NCBI GenBank assembly: GCA_000004695.1
Contig: CM000152.2
Location: 3,136,001 to 3,200,000, forward strand
Source of the DNA: Dictyostelium discoideum
Lineage: Eukaryota
Direction: 5' to 3'
Length of the DNA stretch: 64,000 nt
Part shown: positions 1 through 13,781 of the stretch, in pieces
How positions within the stretch are numbered: position 1 is the stretch's first letter
Layout: each line of letters opens with the position of its first letter
Position numbers and translations under genes: made by a program
Notes under the pieces: generated by a model
Databases searched by the model: none
What the model was told of the DNA's origin: nothing
The model's input: the letters and a program-made list of their open reading frames with translations, nothing else

Positions 1-183
1 TTAATTTATATCCCTATATAGTTTTGATTCAATTAAAAAAAAAAAAAAAAAAGTTATTACAAATTTATTTTTATTACTACTATTATACAATGGAATAATC
101 CTATTCTGTTTTTAAATGAATCTGATGCGATATTGTTGAAAAAATAAAAAAAAAAAAAATAAAAAAAAAAATTTAAAAAATAG

Positions 184-221
<38 letters not shown>

Positions 222-364
222 AAAAAAAAAAAATCTGAAAAAAAAAGGATTATTTGAATTAAAACAAAAAAAAAAATAAAAAAAAATAAAATATAATGTA
301 TATCTTTATTTATTATTTATTATTTATTTGATGTGATTATTAACTATTTTTTTTAAAAATCTAA

Positions 365-399
<35 letters not shown>

Positions 400-579
400 A
401 TTACTATTTGTGTTTGGGTAATTAATTTGCGCAGTTTGTGTTGCAAAAAAAAAAAAAAAAATAAAAAAATAAAAAAAAATAAAAAAAAAATAAATAAAAA
501 TAATTAATATTTGAATATAAAAAAATAATTAAACTAATTTTTAATTACAAATTTCATTGTTGTGTATTTTCTTTGTTTT

Positions 580-614
<35 letters not shown>

Positions 615-904
615 CATATAAATAATTAAAAATAATTTTCCATTGATTCAATTTCATTTAATTTTTTTTTTCCTAATTAAATCTCCAATACAACCAAATA
701 TATTTTTAAAAAATTAATATGCACACACACATATATATAAAAAAATTTATATTACCATATAAATTTCATTTTAAAAATTACTATTAACTTATAAAAATAA
801 ATAAAAAATAAAAAACAAATAAAAAAATAAAAAATAAATAAAATAAGAAATTTTAGGGAATAGAAATTAAAATAAAATTTTATTTTTATTTATTTAATAA
901 AGAA

Positions 905-944
<40 letters not shown>

Positions 945-948
<4 letters not shown>

Positions 949-1289
949 TCAAAGGAAGTTGCAATATAATCAGCTCTAAGAGAATAACATAAATTTTCTT
1001 CCCAAGTGTAGAAAACAGCATTGAAACCAGTGGTGGTGATATCTTGAGCTTGGACACCACAACGAATTTGGAATGATTTGTCAGGATTTTGACCAGCAAC
1101 ACAATCGATGTGATCCAAAGTTAAGCAAACCTTTGGTGTAGTTCCAAATGGGGCATCGAATTTAACAGGTACAATCACTTCACGTTTACCAACAACTGGT
1201 CTATTCAATAAGCAATCATTACCGGTATATAAGTCTGAACCAGTTTCAATATGACATTTTGTATTTTTTTTTTTAAAAAAATATTTCAA
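945..1289 (-). CDS. Terminal exon encoding an H-type lectin domain, discoidin I/II-like. Partial gene: no upstream discoidin (F5/8 type C) domain exon was found.
   Basis: The ORF translation [30 protein letters not shown]...[27 protein letters not shown] aligns along its whole length with the C-terminal H-type lectin domain of Dictyostelium discoidin I (..[26 protein letters not shown]...[27 protein letters not shown]). The stop is TAA at 945-947. There is no in-frame ATG. The ORF track start is a TTG, and the poly-K stretch comes from an A-run, so an upstream exon or acceptor near 1290-1300 is needed. Confidence 0.6.
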
Positions 1290-1753
1290 TTTGTTCTTGG
1301 AAAAAAAAAAAAAAAGTAAAAAAAAACTTAATTTATACCTCCCCCTTTTTTTTTTCGATTCGAATTTGAGATCTTCGTTGAAATAATTTAATTAATTTAA
1401 ATTTTTTAAGTTCAATTTCCTTAATTGGAAAAAAAAAAATAAAAAAAATAAAAAAAAATATTTTAATTACTAAAAAAAGAAAAATGAATATATAAAACAA
1501 AAAAAAATAAAAAGAAAAAAAAAAAAAAAAAAAAAAGTGTGGTGTGGTATCGCCTAAAAATAAAAATGAAAAAATTTATCCGAGTTTATTTTTAATTTAT
1601 CTTTGTGATGTTACTAATTAAAAAAAATGAAAAAAAAAAAAAAAAAATTATTAATTATTTTAAATTAAAATTAAAATATTAAACATATTATACGCATAAT
1701 TTAGAGTAATGCTTTTTTTTTTTTTTTTATTAACAAGTTAAACTTTCTTTTTT

Positions 1754-1791
<38 letters not shown>

Positions 1792-2543
1792 ATGATTATT
1801 AATTCTAAAAAAAAAATTGTTGTGTCTCTTTACGAATGCAGGGGACATTTTATTTTTTTTTTTTTTTTTTCTTCTTTAGTAAAAAAAAGATGGACTCATT
1901 GACACAAAGAAATGATTGGGTGGTTAAATAAAAATTAAAAAAAAAATTCGAAAAAAAAAAAAAAACACAATTTCAACTTTTCTTTTTTTTGTCAAATAAA
2001 CATCCGAAAATAAAGGGCTCTTAACTGAACCCAGTGTCATCTAAAAACTATTTGGTTTTTTTTATTCTGGTCAATTATAAAAAAAGATAAAAAGAGAGAA
2101 AAAAAAAAATAAAAAAAAAAAAATATAAGAAAAAAAAAAAAAATATAAGAAAAAAAAAAAAAAAGAAAGAAAAGTTATTTATAAATAAATTAAATTATTA
2201 TAATTTTTTTTTTTATTTATTTTTATTTTTTTTATTTTTATTTTTAATTTTTTTTTTTTTTTTTTTTTTTTTTAAACAAAGATAAAAATAATTTTTCAAT
2301 TAAAAATTTTTTGGGGTTTTGTTTTTTGATTAAATATATTCATTTTCTAAAAAGTTTTTTTTATTTTAATTTTTATTTTTATTTTTATTTTTTAATCCAA
2401 TTCCACACACAAACAGGTCGGTTTTAAAAAATTATAATTAATTTTTTTATAAAAAGTGTTTTTTTAAAAAAAAGTATTAAAATTAAGGATTAGTTTTTAA
2501 ACATGATTATTTTTAAATTTTAAATTTTTTTTTTTTTTTTTTT

Positions 2544-2591
<48 letters not shown>

Positions 2592-2803
2592 TTTTTTAAC
2601 TTTTTTTTTTTTTATTTTTTTATTTTTTTATTTTTTCGATTACAACATTAAATTAAAAAAAAATATATTTTTATTCGGTATGTGTGGTTAAATTTAAATA
2701 AAAATTTTAATATCTTTTTTTATAAAACTAATTAATTTTTTTTTTTTTTTTTTTTTTAGTTAACCTTTAGTTTCTTAAAGTAAAATTATAAATTAGATTA
2801 ATC

Positions 2804-3214
2804 ATGGGTGCAAAGGTAATTAATATTTATTATTTGATCATTATCTTTATAGTCTTAATACTAATCAAAATATATATATTTTTTTTAAACAGGAACATTT
2901 CATGCCATCAGCAATTCCATCTTTGGAAAAGAATGTTATGATTATATGTGGTATTTTAGATTTCTTCTGTATGTATTTTGAAAATCTAAAAAAAAAAAAA
3001 TCTTAAAAATAACTTTAATTCTAATTTTTTATTATTATCATTTTTTATTTATTTCAATCTAGTTTTTGGTGTTGGTACAATTATTTTAGGTGCTCTCGAT
3101 GACTGTAATGTTTGGTGTGTTCTCATTGGTGTTTTACAATTATGTTTACCATTCGTTGGTTGGTTCTGGTCCATCATTTGGGGTGTTTTAATTCTCTTAA
3201 AAGCATTAGCTTAA
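2804..3214 (+). CDS. Small two-TM proteolipid, Pmp3/UPF0057 (Lti6/YqaE)-like. Exons: 2804..2815, 2893..2968, 3090..3214 (70 aa).
   Basis: Exon 1 is ATG GGT GCA AAG followed by a GTAATT donor. The first acceptor is ..aaacag|GAACAT. The second donor is TTC TTC T|GTATGT (phase 1). The second acceptor is ttattttag|GTGCTC, which gives ...ILDFFCALDDCNVWCVLIGVLQLCLPFVGWFWSIIWGVLILLKALA*. The hydrophobic pattern (GC...FW...LG..P.II) resembles the Pmp3 family. The track ORF at 3112..3294 is in another frame over the same DNA. Confidence 0.4.
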
Positions 3215-3340
3215 ATTATTATTATTATTATAAACTTCATTTACATATAATTACCTTAAACTCCATCATCTCTGTTTGTGATGGTTTTTTTTAAAAAAAA
3301 AAAATAAAAAAAAAAAATAATAAAAAAAAAGAAATGTATT

Positions 3341-3379
<39 letters not shown>

Positions 3380-3656
3380 TTTCTGTGTGATTATTAAAAA
3401 AAAAAAAAAAAAAAAATGTTTATTTTTAGTTTTGTTGGACCGATTATTGATTTGTTTATAAATCTGTTAGATATTAAAAAAAATATCCAAAGCAATTGTT
3501 TTATTTATTCAAAGAAAAAAAATAAAAATAAAAATTATTTAGTATAAGGTTACAACTTTTTTTTATTTTTTATTTTTTATTTTTTATTTTTTTTTTTTTA
3601 AATTTTAAGTTTTTGATCATTGTAAAATATCCCATATCACTTGATAACTTATTATT

Positions 3657-5535
3657 TTAAGTTGTAATAGTTTTTAATAGTATACAACTTGTTTCTATTG
3701 ATGAATTTAAAATTGATAATTTCATTGATTTCGGCTCAAATAAATTTAAATCTAAAATATCACCAATTTTATTTTCTTCAATATTAATACAAGAATTATT
3801 ATTATTATTATTAATTTGGAATAATTGATCAATTAAATCTAAATTTAAATCACTATTTAAAAGTAATAATTTAATAATATCTTTAATTGATTTTTGTAAT
3901 GATTTTATAATTAAAACCTCTTTAATTAAATTTGTTGATAATGATGATGATGATGATGATGATGAATTTTGTTTATTTTTAATTAATTCATTTAATAAAT
4001 TAATTATTATAAATTCAAAATTTGAAGAAGAACCAACAAATTTAAAATCATCATCAATTATAATTGATCTAAATATTGTTAATAATGATTCTAAACCGAG
4101 TTTAGCCTCTTTTAGGAATTTTTTACTTGAGCCTTTCAATATAATAGTTTGAGTATCACTAAATTGACAACCCTCAAATAATTCATATGATTTTTTACCA
4201 ATTATAATTTGTTTATATTTTTTACAAGTTCCATAAAATGATGAATCTAATGATAGATTTTGTAAACTTGATTGAGTATTACCACCAATTGATTTTTTAA
4301 TAAATTCAAATTCATTTATATTATTAATTGAACCAATACAATTAATTTTATTATTATTATTTTGATTTTGGCTACTTATTTTAACAAATTCTTGAATTGC
4401 TAAATCACCAATTACTTTTTTATTTAATATTAAATTTATATTTAAATTGTAAATATTTTCCAATTGTTTTGAAATTAATGATTTCTCTGCATTTATAAAC
4501 TCTAAATAATCATTAACATTTGAAATTTCAATATTTGCAAACTCTTTTTGATGTTTTAATTCAATTTCATAATCTAATAATAATATTTTAGGATTTTCAA
4601 TTACTTTAATTAATTTATCTCTACCTGCAAATGAAAATTTAGATTTTATTAAAATTCCATTTAATAATTTAATTTCAATTTCATCATTATCATCATCATC
4701 TTCCTCTTCTTTTTTTTCATCTTCATCTTCATTATTATTATTATGATCTTCATTACTTGAAATTATAGTTTTAATTTTAATTTTATTTTTATCTAAATTG
4801 GGTAAAATTTTAATTAACTTTTTAAAAATTTTAGAAATTCTTTTAAAATAAATTGATAATATATTTTTTGATAAATTGGTTTTTATAATTGATTCTAATA
4901 ATTGATCATTTTTACCACCACTACTACTAAATATTTCATCTTTTAAATTTATAATAAATCTTTCATTAAAATTATTTTTAATAAATAATCTGCATTCTTG
5001 AAATATATTTAATATTTGATTTATTGAAAATGTTGATGTTGATGAAGATGATGAACCTTTATTATTAATTAATTTTATTGATCTTTTTAATATATTATTT
5101 GTTAATATTATATATTGTGAAACACCACACCCAAATCTATTTTTTATATAATTTGATTGTTGTAATATAATTTTATAATATGGTGAATCATTATTTAATG
5201 ATTTAAATATCAATAGCCCATCTTTTTTTTTTTTTAAAAAAAAAAAATAAAATTTTAAAATTAATATGTTAATGATTTAAAGATTAAAAATAAAAAAATT
5301 AAATAAAAATAATAAAATATAGTAAAGAAAAAAAAAAAAAAAATCTATATTAAATAAACTTACCATTTGTAAATATAATTTTTTGTGTGGAATTAACAAC
5401 ATTATCATTCTCACCCTCATCATTTTTATGATCAAAAACTTGTGATATTAATTTTAATTTACCATGAATTCCAAAACTTGATTCTATAAGTTTCGCAATA
5501 TTATCAATTATTTTAAATTCTTGATAATTATTCAT
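3657..5535 (-). CDS. Divergent, Asn-rich TCP-1/cpn60 chaperonin-family-like protein. Exons: 5535..5364 and 5221..3657.
   Basis: Exon 1 reads MNNYQEFKIIDNIAKLIESSFGIHGKLKLI...TNG and ends before a GTAAGTTTATTT donor (phase 1). The acceptor aaaaaag|AT completes the codon GAT, and the frame continues DGLLIFKSLNN... in the 518-aa ORF. The motifs AKLIESSFGIHGKLKLI, ILLLDYEIELK...ISNVNDYLEFINAEKSLISKQLENI and ILKGSSKKFLKEAKLGLESLLTIFRSII resemble the CCT equatorial and intermediate domain motifs LGPKGMDKM, LLEGSLEYKKGES and [20 protein letters not shown]. Confidence 0.45.
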
Positions 5536-5581
5536 AATAAAAAAAAAAAAAAAAAAAAAAAAAAATGGAAAATCAAAAGTG

Positions 5582-5625
<44 letters not shown>

Positions 5626-5942
5626 TTGAGTAAAATTAATTAATTGTAAAAAAAAAAAAAATAATAAACAAAGTAAAATAAAAAAATAAGTAAATAAAAT
5701 GAAATGAATTAAAATATAGAAAAAAATAAAAAAAATTTTAAAAACTTAAAGTTATAAACTTGTAAAAAAAAAAAAATTATTGGTTAAAAAAAAAAATTAT
5801 TGTTAAAAAAAAAAAAAAATTGATAACGAAAAATTTTGATTTTTTTTTTTTTGAAAAAAAAAAAATTTCGAAATCAACCGTGCGGGGAAAAAAAAATGAA
5901 AAATTTCAAATTGTTATTTGTTTGTAGCTAACCAATCACACA

Positions 5943-6654
5943 ATGAAGTATGTCACACTCGTGTTATAATATCACATATCACCCTTTAAATTCACTGTCA
6001 TATATTATATAAAAATTATAATGATAATGCAATAATAATATATCATAAAAGATAATCAACACAATTGAATGATAATTATGATAGATTAAAGATTGATGAT
6101 AGTGGATATAAGATTAAAGATTAAAGAGAAAATTTATAAATAAAATTATATAAATATTAATCATAAACTTTTATTATAGGACCTCTCTTTGCAACTACAG
6201 TGAATTCAAAATCTACCCAGCTCGTGGTATGTATAATAATATTTAGGTTTAGGATTATATAGGATATTAGGCAGGATTTAGGGAATTTTTTATATTAATC
6301 AATCAATCAATTCAATATTTAGGTATGAAATTCGTTAGAGGTGACTCTAAAGTTTTCCACTTTATCAACACTAAAGTTGAATCTCTCTTCTTCAGAAAGA
6401 TCAACCCAAGAGATATTAGATGGTCAATGGTTTACCGTAGAATCTACAAAAACACCACCACTGATGTTTCAGCCAAAAAGAAGGCCAGAAAGACCAAGAA
6501 AGTCGAAAGAAACATCGTCGGTGCTTCATTAGAAGTCATCCAACAAAAACGTGCCCAAAAACCAGAAGTCAAACAAGCTGCTGCCGAACAAGCCAAAAGA
6601 GAAATCAAAGAAAAGAAGAAAGCTGCTGCCAAAAAAGCTGCCCCAAAAAAATAA
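5943..6654 (+). CDS. rpl24: 60S ribosomal protein L24e. Exons: 5943..5947, 6180..6226, 6323..6654 (127 aa).
   Basis: The 5-nt first exon is ATGAA followed by GTATGT. The first acceptor is ttattatag|G. Exon 2 encodes (K)TSLCNYSEFKIYPARG followed by GTATGT (phase 1). The second acceptor is tatttag|GT. Exon 3 encodes GMKFVRGDSKVFHFINTKVESLFFRKINPRDIRWSMVYRRIYK...KPEV... This matches the eukaryotic L24e pattern MKxELCSFSGYKIYPGHGRR...DGKVFQF...NPRQINWTVLYRRKHKKG...QKPEV. Confidence 0.85.
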
Positions 6655-7610
6655 ATGATTAAATAAACGTTGGATCATTATTGTTTTAAAAAAAAAAAAT
6701 ATTATATTTAATTAATTTGAGAAAATTGAATAATTGGTGGATAGGATAAAAATAAAAAAAAAAAAAATTTATTTCAGTGTTTATTTTTAAAAGAAATTAT
6801 TTGTTTTAAAGTTTCTATTTTTTTTTTTTTCCTTTGTTTTTAATTTGATGTTTATTTAAATTTATTAAAGTATATTAAATATTTATAGTTTATTTAAGTG
6901 GAATAATATGTTTTTGAATTTATTATTTTTTTTATGTATTTTTATAAAATGGAAATTTTTTGGCTGTAATCGCTATGTCCAAATGGTTTAATTATTAGCT
7001 ATTACAGTGAGATTCTGTAAAATACTTTTTCATGGATGCGGTTATAGTGAGTTGTGTGTGTAATTCTTTTAATCTCTTCAAAGGGATTTGAGATTTGCCA
7101 ATTTCTACACGGATAGATTTAGGCCAAGTTGGAGATAATAAATATAGGTCTTGATTTTAGTTTTAAATGGATAGGTGCAGCTGTGCTGTAGTTGGTAATG
7201 ATGGATTGGTATTGCCCATTCCGTGGGTATTTTCATTTTTCCAGAAGTGTTTTCTTGTGGTTTGTTGAATTTGGTTAGGTTTCAATTGTCCACTTGTTTT
7301 TTAACTAATTTTTGTTTAATTGGATAGCGCAATTCTGGGTAGCTTCTCATTGAGATGCTAGATCTCATTTTATTTGTAATATATTTATAGGGCCTCTGAA
7401 AGAGGGGGTTAGTTTTCTTACCTTATATTATTATTTTTTTTATTTGTTTTTTTTTTTTTTTACAAATGTTCGCAAAAGTTCCCAAATTGGGTGCTTTTTT
7501 TTTCTTTTTTTTTCTTTTTGTTATTATTATGGATGTAGTAATTTTTTTATTACTATTATTTTCAATTTTTAACTAATATTTTTTACTATTATGAAAAAGT
7601 TTTCATCAAA

Positions 7611-7692
7611 GACATCGTAGCAAAGTGGTCTAATGCGTCTGACTAGAAATCAGATCCCTTCGGGGGCGCAGGTTCGAACCCTGCCGATGTCG
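7611..7692 (+). tRNA. tRNA-Ser(AGA), class II with a long variable arm.
   Basis: The sequence folds as a class II cloverleaf. Acceptor stem GACATCG pairs with CGATGTC, plus discriminator G. D-stem is 3 bp (GCA/TGC). Anticodon stem TCTGA/TCAGA carries loop CTAGAAA, giving anticodon AGA. Variable arm TCCCTTCGGGGGCG is 14 nt. T-arm is GCAGG TTCGAAC CCTGC. A box is AGTGGTCTAA. B box is GGTTCGAACCC. Confidence 0.85.
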
Positions 7693-7721
7693 ATACATTT
7701 TTAATTAGAAGCCTATTACCC

Positions 7722-7732
7722 GAAGTTCGCAT
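7722..7732 (+). promoter_or_regulatory. Putative external B box (ex-B) about 30 bp downstream of tRNA-Ser.
   Basis: GAAGTTCGCAT resembles the B-box core GGTTCGAA. Dictyostelium tRNA genes often carry an extra B box 20-40 bp downstream of the tRNA 3' end. Confidence 0.35.
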
Positions 7733-8775
7733 TTCTTATGAGGTTATACTCTGCCCACGAATTATTTTAATCTACCAAAATAATAATTGAATTTTAAGTA
7801 AACCTATCGATTCATGTTTTTTTACTTCAATGGGCAAATATCGATATATTGAAAGAAAAGAAAAAAAAAAATATTTGTTAATAATTTTTGAAATTTCTTT
7901 TTTTTTAAAACTAAAAATCAATTCAATCATTCAATATAGTTATAAAGAAGGTTCTGTTGCTGACGAGTCATAGAAATGTATCAAGTACACATGCTGTTCT
8001 TTCTTGTAATATTGGTGAATTAATATTATCAATTTCTAAATATTACAATATTATGGAAAATTGAAATGTGGAAATCTGTATCTTTGATTTGTAAATCCAT
8101 TTTTAATAAATTAAAATTGCAACATCAACAACAACAACAACTTCATGAAAAAGAGGATCACTTTTTAAAACATCTGCAATATGATGAAAATGTTTTATTT
8201 TCAAAAAATATAGATGCAAAATCATTATCTAAAATGCATTTACAAACTGATAATAAAGAAAATTTTACCACTTCAATTATGAATCCATTATGCAATTTAT
8301 AAATATTAAATAATAGTAATGTAAACAATTCGATAATATTAATTCAGGTATACCAGAGAAATTTTTGATACATTCAAAATCAAAAAAAAAAAATTTTGAT
8401 CAACTAGTTTAATTTTTTTATTTTTTATGTAGCTCCCTTTAATAAAAATACCGAATTTTTTTTTTTTTGTTTTTTTCCCCACCATTCTTGTTTAATTAAA
8501 AAAAATAAAATAAAATAAAATCCACTTATTCTGCCACCAAAATAAATTTTTAATCTGAAATCATTTGTTTCGTTTTTTTTTTTTTTTTTTTTTTTTTAAA
8601 ATTTTGTTAAAGATTTTTAATACCTGATGTCATTTGTTTTATTTTTTTTGCAAAACTTTATTTTTTTTTGGTTTCTAAAAAAAAAAAAAAACGGTTCGAG
8701 TTGTTTTCCACCTCATAACAAAACGTTTTTCCCACCTAGCTGTGGCGTTTAAAAAAAAAAAAATGAAAATAAAAA

Positions 8776-8783
8776 TCCCACAA
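8776..8783 (+). promoter_or_regulatory. DUSE-like motif TCCCACAA, about 106 bp upstream of the ATG at 8889.
   Basis: Matches the Dictyostelium upstream sequence element consensus [AT]CCCA[CT]AA. It lies in an unusually GC-richer stretch (8690-8790) that also holds a B-box-like GGTTCGAGTTG at 8693-8703. Confidence 0.25.
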
Positions 8784-8888
8784 CCCGGGTTACATAACGA
8801 ATTTGATCAATTTTTTCCACTATAAATTGTTTTTTTTTTTATATATTTTTTTTTTATTATTTTTTACATTATAAACAAAGAATAAAAA

Positions 8889-10310
<1,422 letters not shown>

Positions 10311-10637
10311 AAAAATAATAAAAAAAATTATTTAAAAAAATTTTAATATTATCTAGTTTTTATTTTAATTCTAAAAATAGTTATTTTTAAAAATTTAATA
10401 ACTTTACTATTAATGGTTATTTCTAAATTGTTAATAATAATTTAATTTTTTAAAAAATTTCATAATATTTTATTTTTATATATTTAATAAAAAAATTGAA
10501 AGAGTTTTTAATTATATATATATATGTATATATTTTTTTTTTTTTTTTTAAATTGTTTATTTGATTTGATTTTTTATTTTTATTTTTTATTTTTTTTAAT
10601 ATATTTATAAATTTAAATTTTGAATAAAAAAAAGGAT

Positions 10638-10914
10638 TTAACCCAAGATAACCTTTGTTTTACCGCCAGAAGTTCTCTTTTTAAGTTGTTTTTGATATTC
10701 TTTCTCATCTTTCTTTCTTTGTTGTTCAGGAGTTAATTTACCAATTGCTTCTTTTTCTTTTAATTTCTTTTCGAATTTCTTTTTTTGAATTTCTTCTTGT
10801 CTTTCTAATTGAGCTTGTTTTTCAATATTTTCTTTTGCTTTATCTCTAAGTTTATCTGCTTTTGCTTTATACTATTTAATTATTAGTTAAATGTAGGTAT
10901 ATATATTGAAAATA

Positions 10915-10985
<71 letters not shown>

Positions 10986-12033
10986 AAACATTTTTTGGTA
11001 ATTCAAGATTAGCAACTACATCAATGTAATGAAGTGCTACTCTAGTTAAAAGTACTAATTTATCCATTTCAGAAGCTTTTGGAATTTTGAAAACAAATTT
11101 AAGAGCTTTTGGGTATTTTGGATTAATTAAACTATGATCAGTAAAGTGAAAAAGTTCAATTAAATTCTCATTTTGATTGATAACTTGAATTTCTTGTTGT
11201 TTTAATAATAATGATGGAAGGATATCAGTGTCACATAAAACTCCAAAACTATTTGATAAGGTATTAATACTTGATCCTGTATATTTTGAACAGAATAAAT
11301 CCTAAATATAATATATTTTTTTTATTTATTAATATTATTATTATTATTTACAAGTAAAAATAAAAATATACACATACGACATCACTATTATCAGATTTAA
11401 ATTTCTTTAATGATTTTGTTTTTACTAATGCAAATACTAATGGATCCATATTTTCTTTATTCATTGCAATTTCAAGAGTCATACGATCAGGATTACCATA
11501 ACCAATGAAATCTAATAAAATTGAGAATAGATCATGTCTTTTCTTTAAATCCAATGAAGCTTGTAAACCAAAACAATTGTTTCTACCAGTTGCAATGAAT
11601 GAATATGAAGATGGATTCACTTTTAAAATTGTGAAATCACCTCTATTACCTGTTTTTGAAAAATTTGACATGAAAACTGGTTGTAATTTAGCTCCCCATA
11701 ATTGAATTAATTCACGATTTGCTTTTGATCCAATGAAATAATTTGCAATATATCCAATAATTATTAAAATAAAACAACTTTCTAAAATCCAATTATTTGG
11801 TTTCTTTGGTGTTGGTGTTGATGGAATTTTATCATTATCTGTTGTTGTTGTTGTTGGTGGTGGAATTTTATCTTCTGGTGCTTCACTACCACCATCATAA
11901 TTTATAAATTCTTCACTATCTGTTGTTACATCCTTTTATTATAAATTAATTATTAGTATTATATTGTTGTACAAAAAATAAATAAAAAAAAAAAAAAAAA
12001 AAAATTTTATTTTCATACGAGAATGAAGATCAA

Positions 12034-12072
<39 letters not shown>

Positions 12073-12177
12073 TTTATAAATAAAATTTAAACTTACATTT
12101 GATTGTGAAATTGATAATGAAAAAAGTGAAAATAATAAAACAAATAATGCAAATATTATTAATTTATTGATTTTCAT
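10638..12177 (-). CDS. CCDC47 (calumin/DUF1682, PAT complex) homolog, an ER membrane protein. Exons: 12177..12097, 11932..11378, 11301..10990, 10871..10638 (about 393 aa).
   Basis: Exon 1 is the signal peptide MKINKLIIFALFVLLFSLFSLSISQSN followed by GTAAGT. Exon 2 has an acidic, Thr/Pro-rich region and then the TM segment LESCFILIIIGYIANYFIGSKANRELIQLW, which matches human CCDC47 [30 protein letters not shown]. The segment GRNNCFGLQASLDLKKRHDLFSILLDF...MDPLVFALVKTK matches [29 protein letters not shown]...MDTYVFAVGTRK. The C terminus is Lys/Glu-rich. Donors are GTATGT and an unusual GTTTGT that opens an (ATT)n intron. All phases are 0. Confidence 0.75.
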
Positions 12178-12497
12178 TTTTTTTTATTTATTTTGTTTTT
12201 TTTTTTATTTGTATAAAGGTTGAGGTGGCAAATAAAAAAAATGAATAGTGATGACTTTTTTTTTTTTCATTTTTTTTTTTTTCATTTTTTTTATTTTTTA
12301 TAAAATTAAAAAATTTTATTTTAAAAAAATAAAAAAAAATTGAAAGCGAATCTGTAAAAAAAAAAAATAAAAAAATAAAAAATTAAAAAATAAAAAACTT
12401 TCATATTTTACATTTTTTTGTTTGTGTGTGTACAAATAATTTTTAATTCTTTATATATATTTTATTTATTTATTTCTCAATAAAAGTAATTGAATAA

Positions 12498-13553
<1,056 letters not shown>

Positions 13554-13781
13554 AATTAAAATTAAAAATAAAAATAAAATTAAATATAAAAATCTGAAAA
13601 AAAAAAAAAAACGAAGTTCTTATTTTTTTATTTTTTTTATTTTTTGTAAAATTTTGAAAAAAAAAAAAAAAAAAAAAAAAAAAAGTGTTTTGTGTTTGTT
13701 TTTTCAATTTTTTTTATTTTTTTTTTATTTCAAATTTTTCATTTTATATCTTTTAATATATATAAAATTTAAAATTAAAAA

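Noticed and set aside
6341-6632. ORFs of 62-63 aa overlapping rpl24 exon 3.
   Set aside because: They are alternative-frame and antisense readings of the Lys/Ala-rich L24 C-terminus.
8066-8302. 78-aa ORF MWKSVSLICKSIFNKLKLQHQQQQQ... between the tRNA and the secreted-protein gene.
   Set aside because: It has no homology, a Gln-run low-complexity stretch and no convincing splice context. It could be a small gene but is unsupported, so it is left unannotated.
11505-11705. 66-aa plus-strand ORF.
   Set aside because: It is antisense within exon 2 of the CCDC47-like gene, whose homology is strong.
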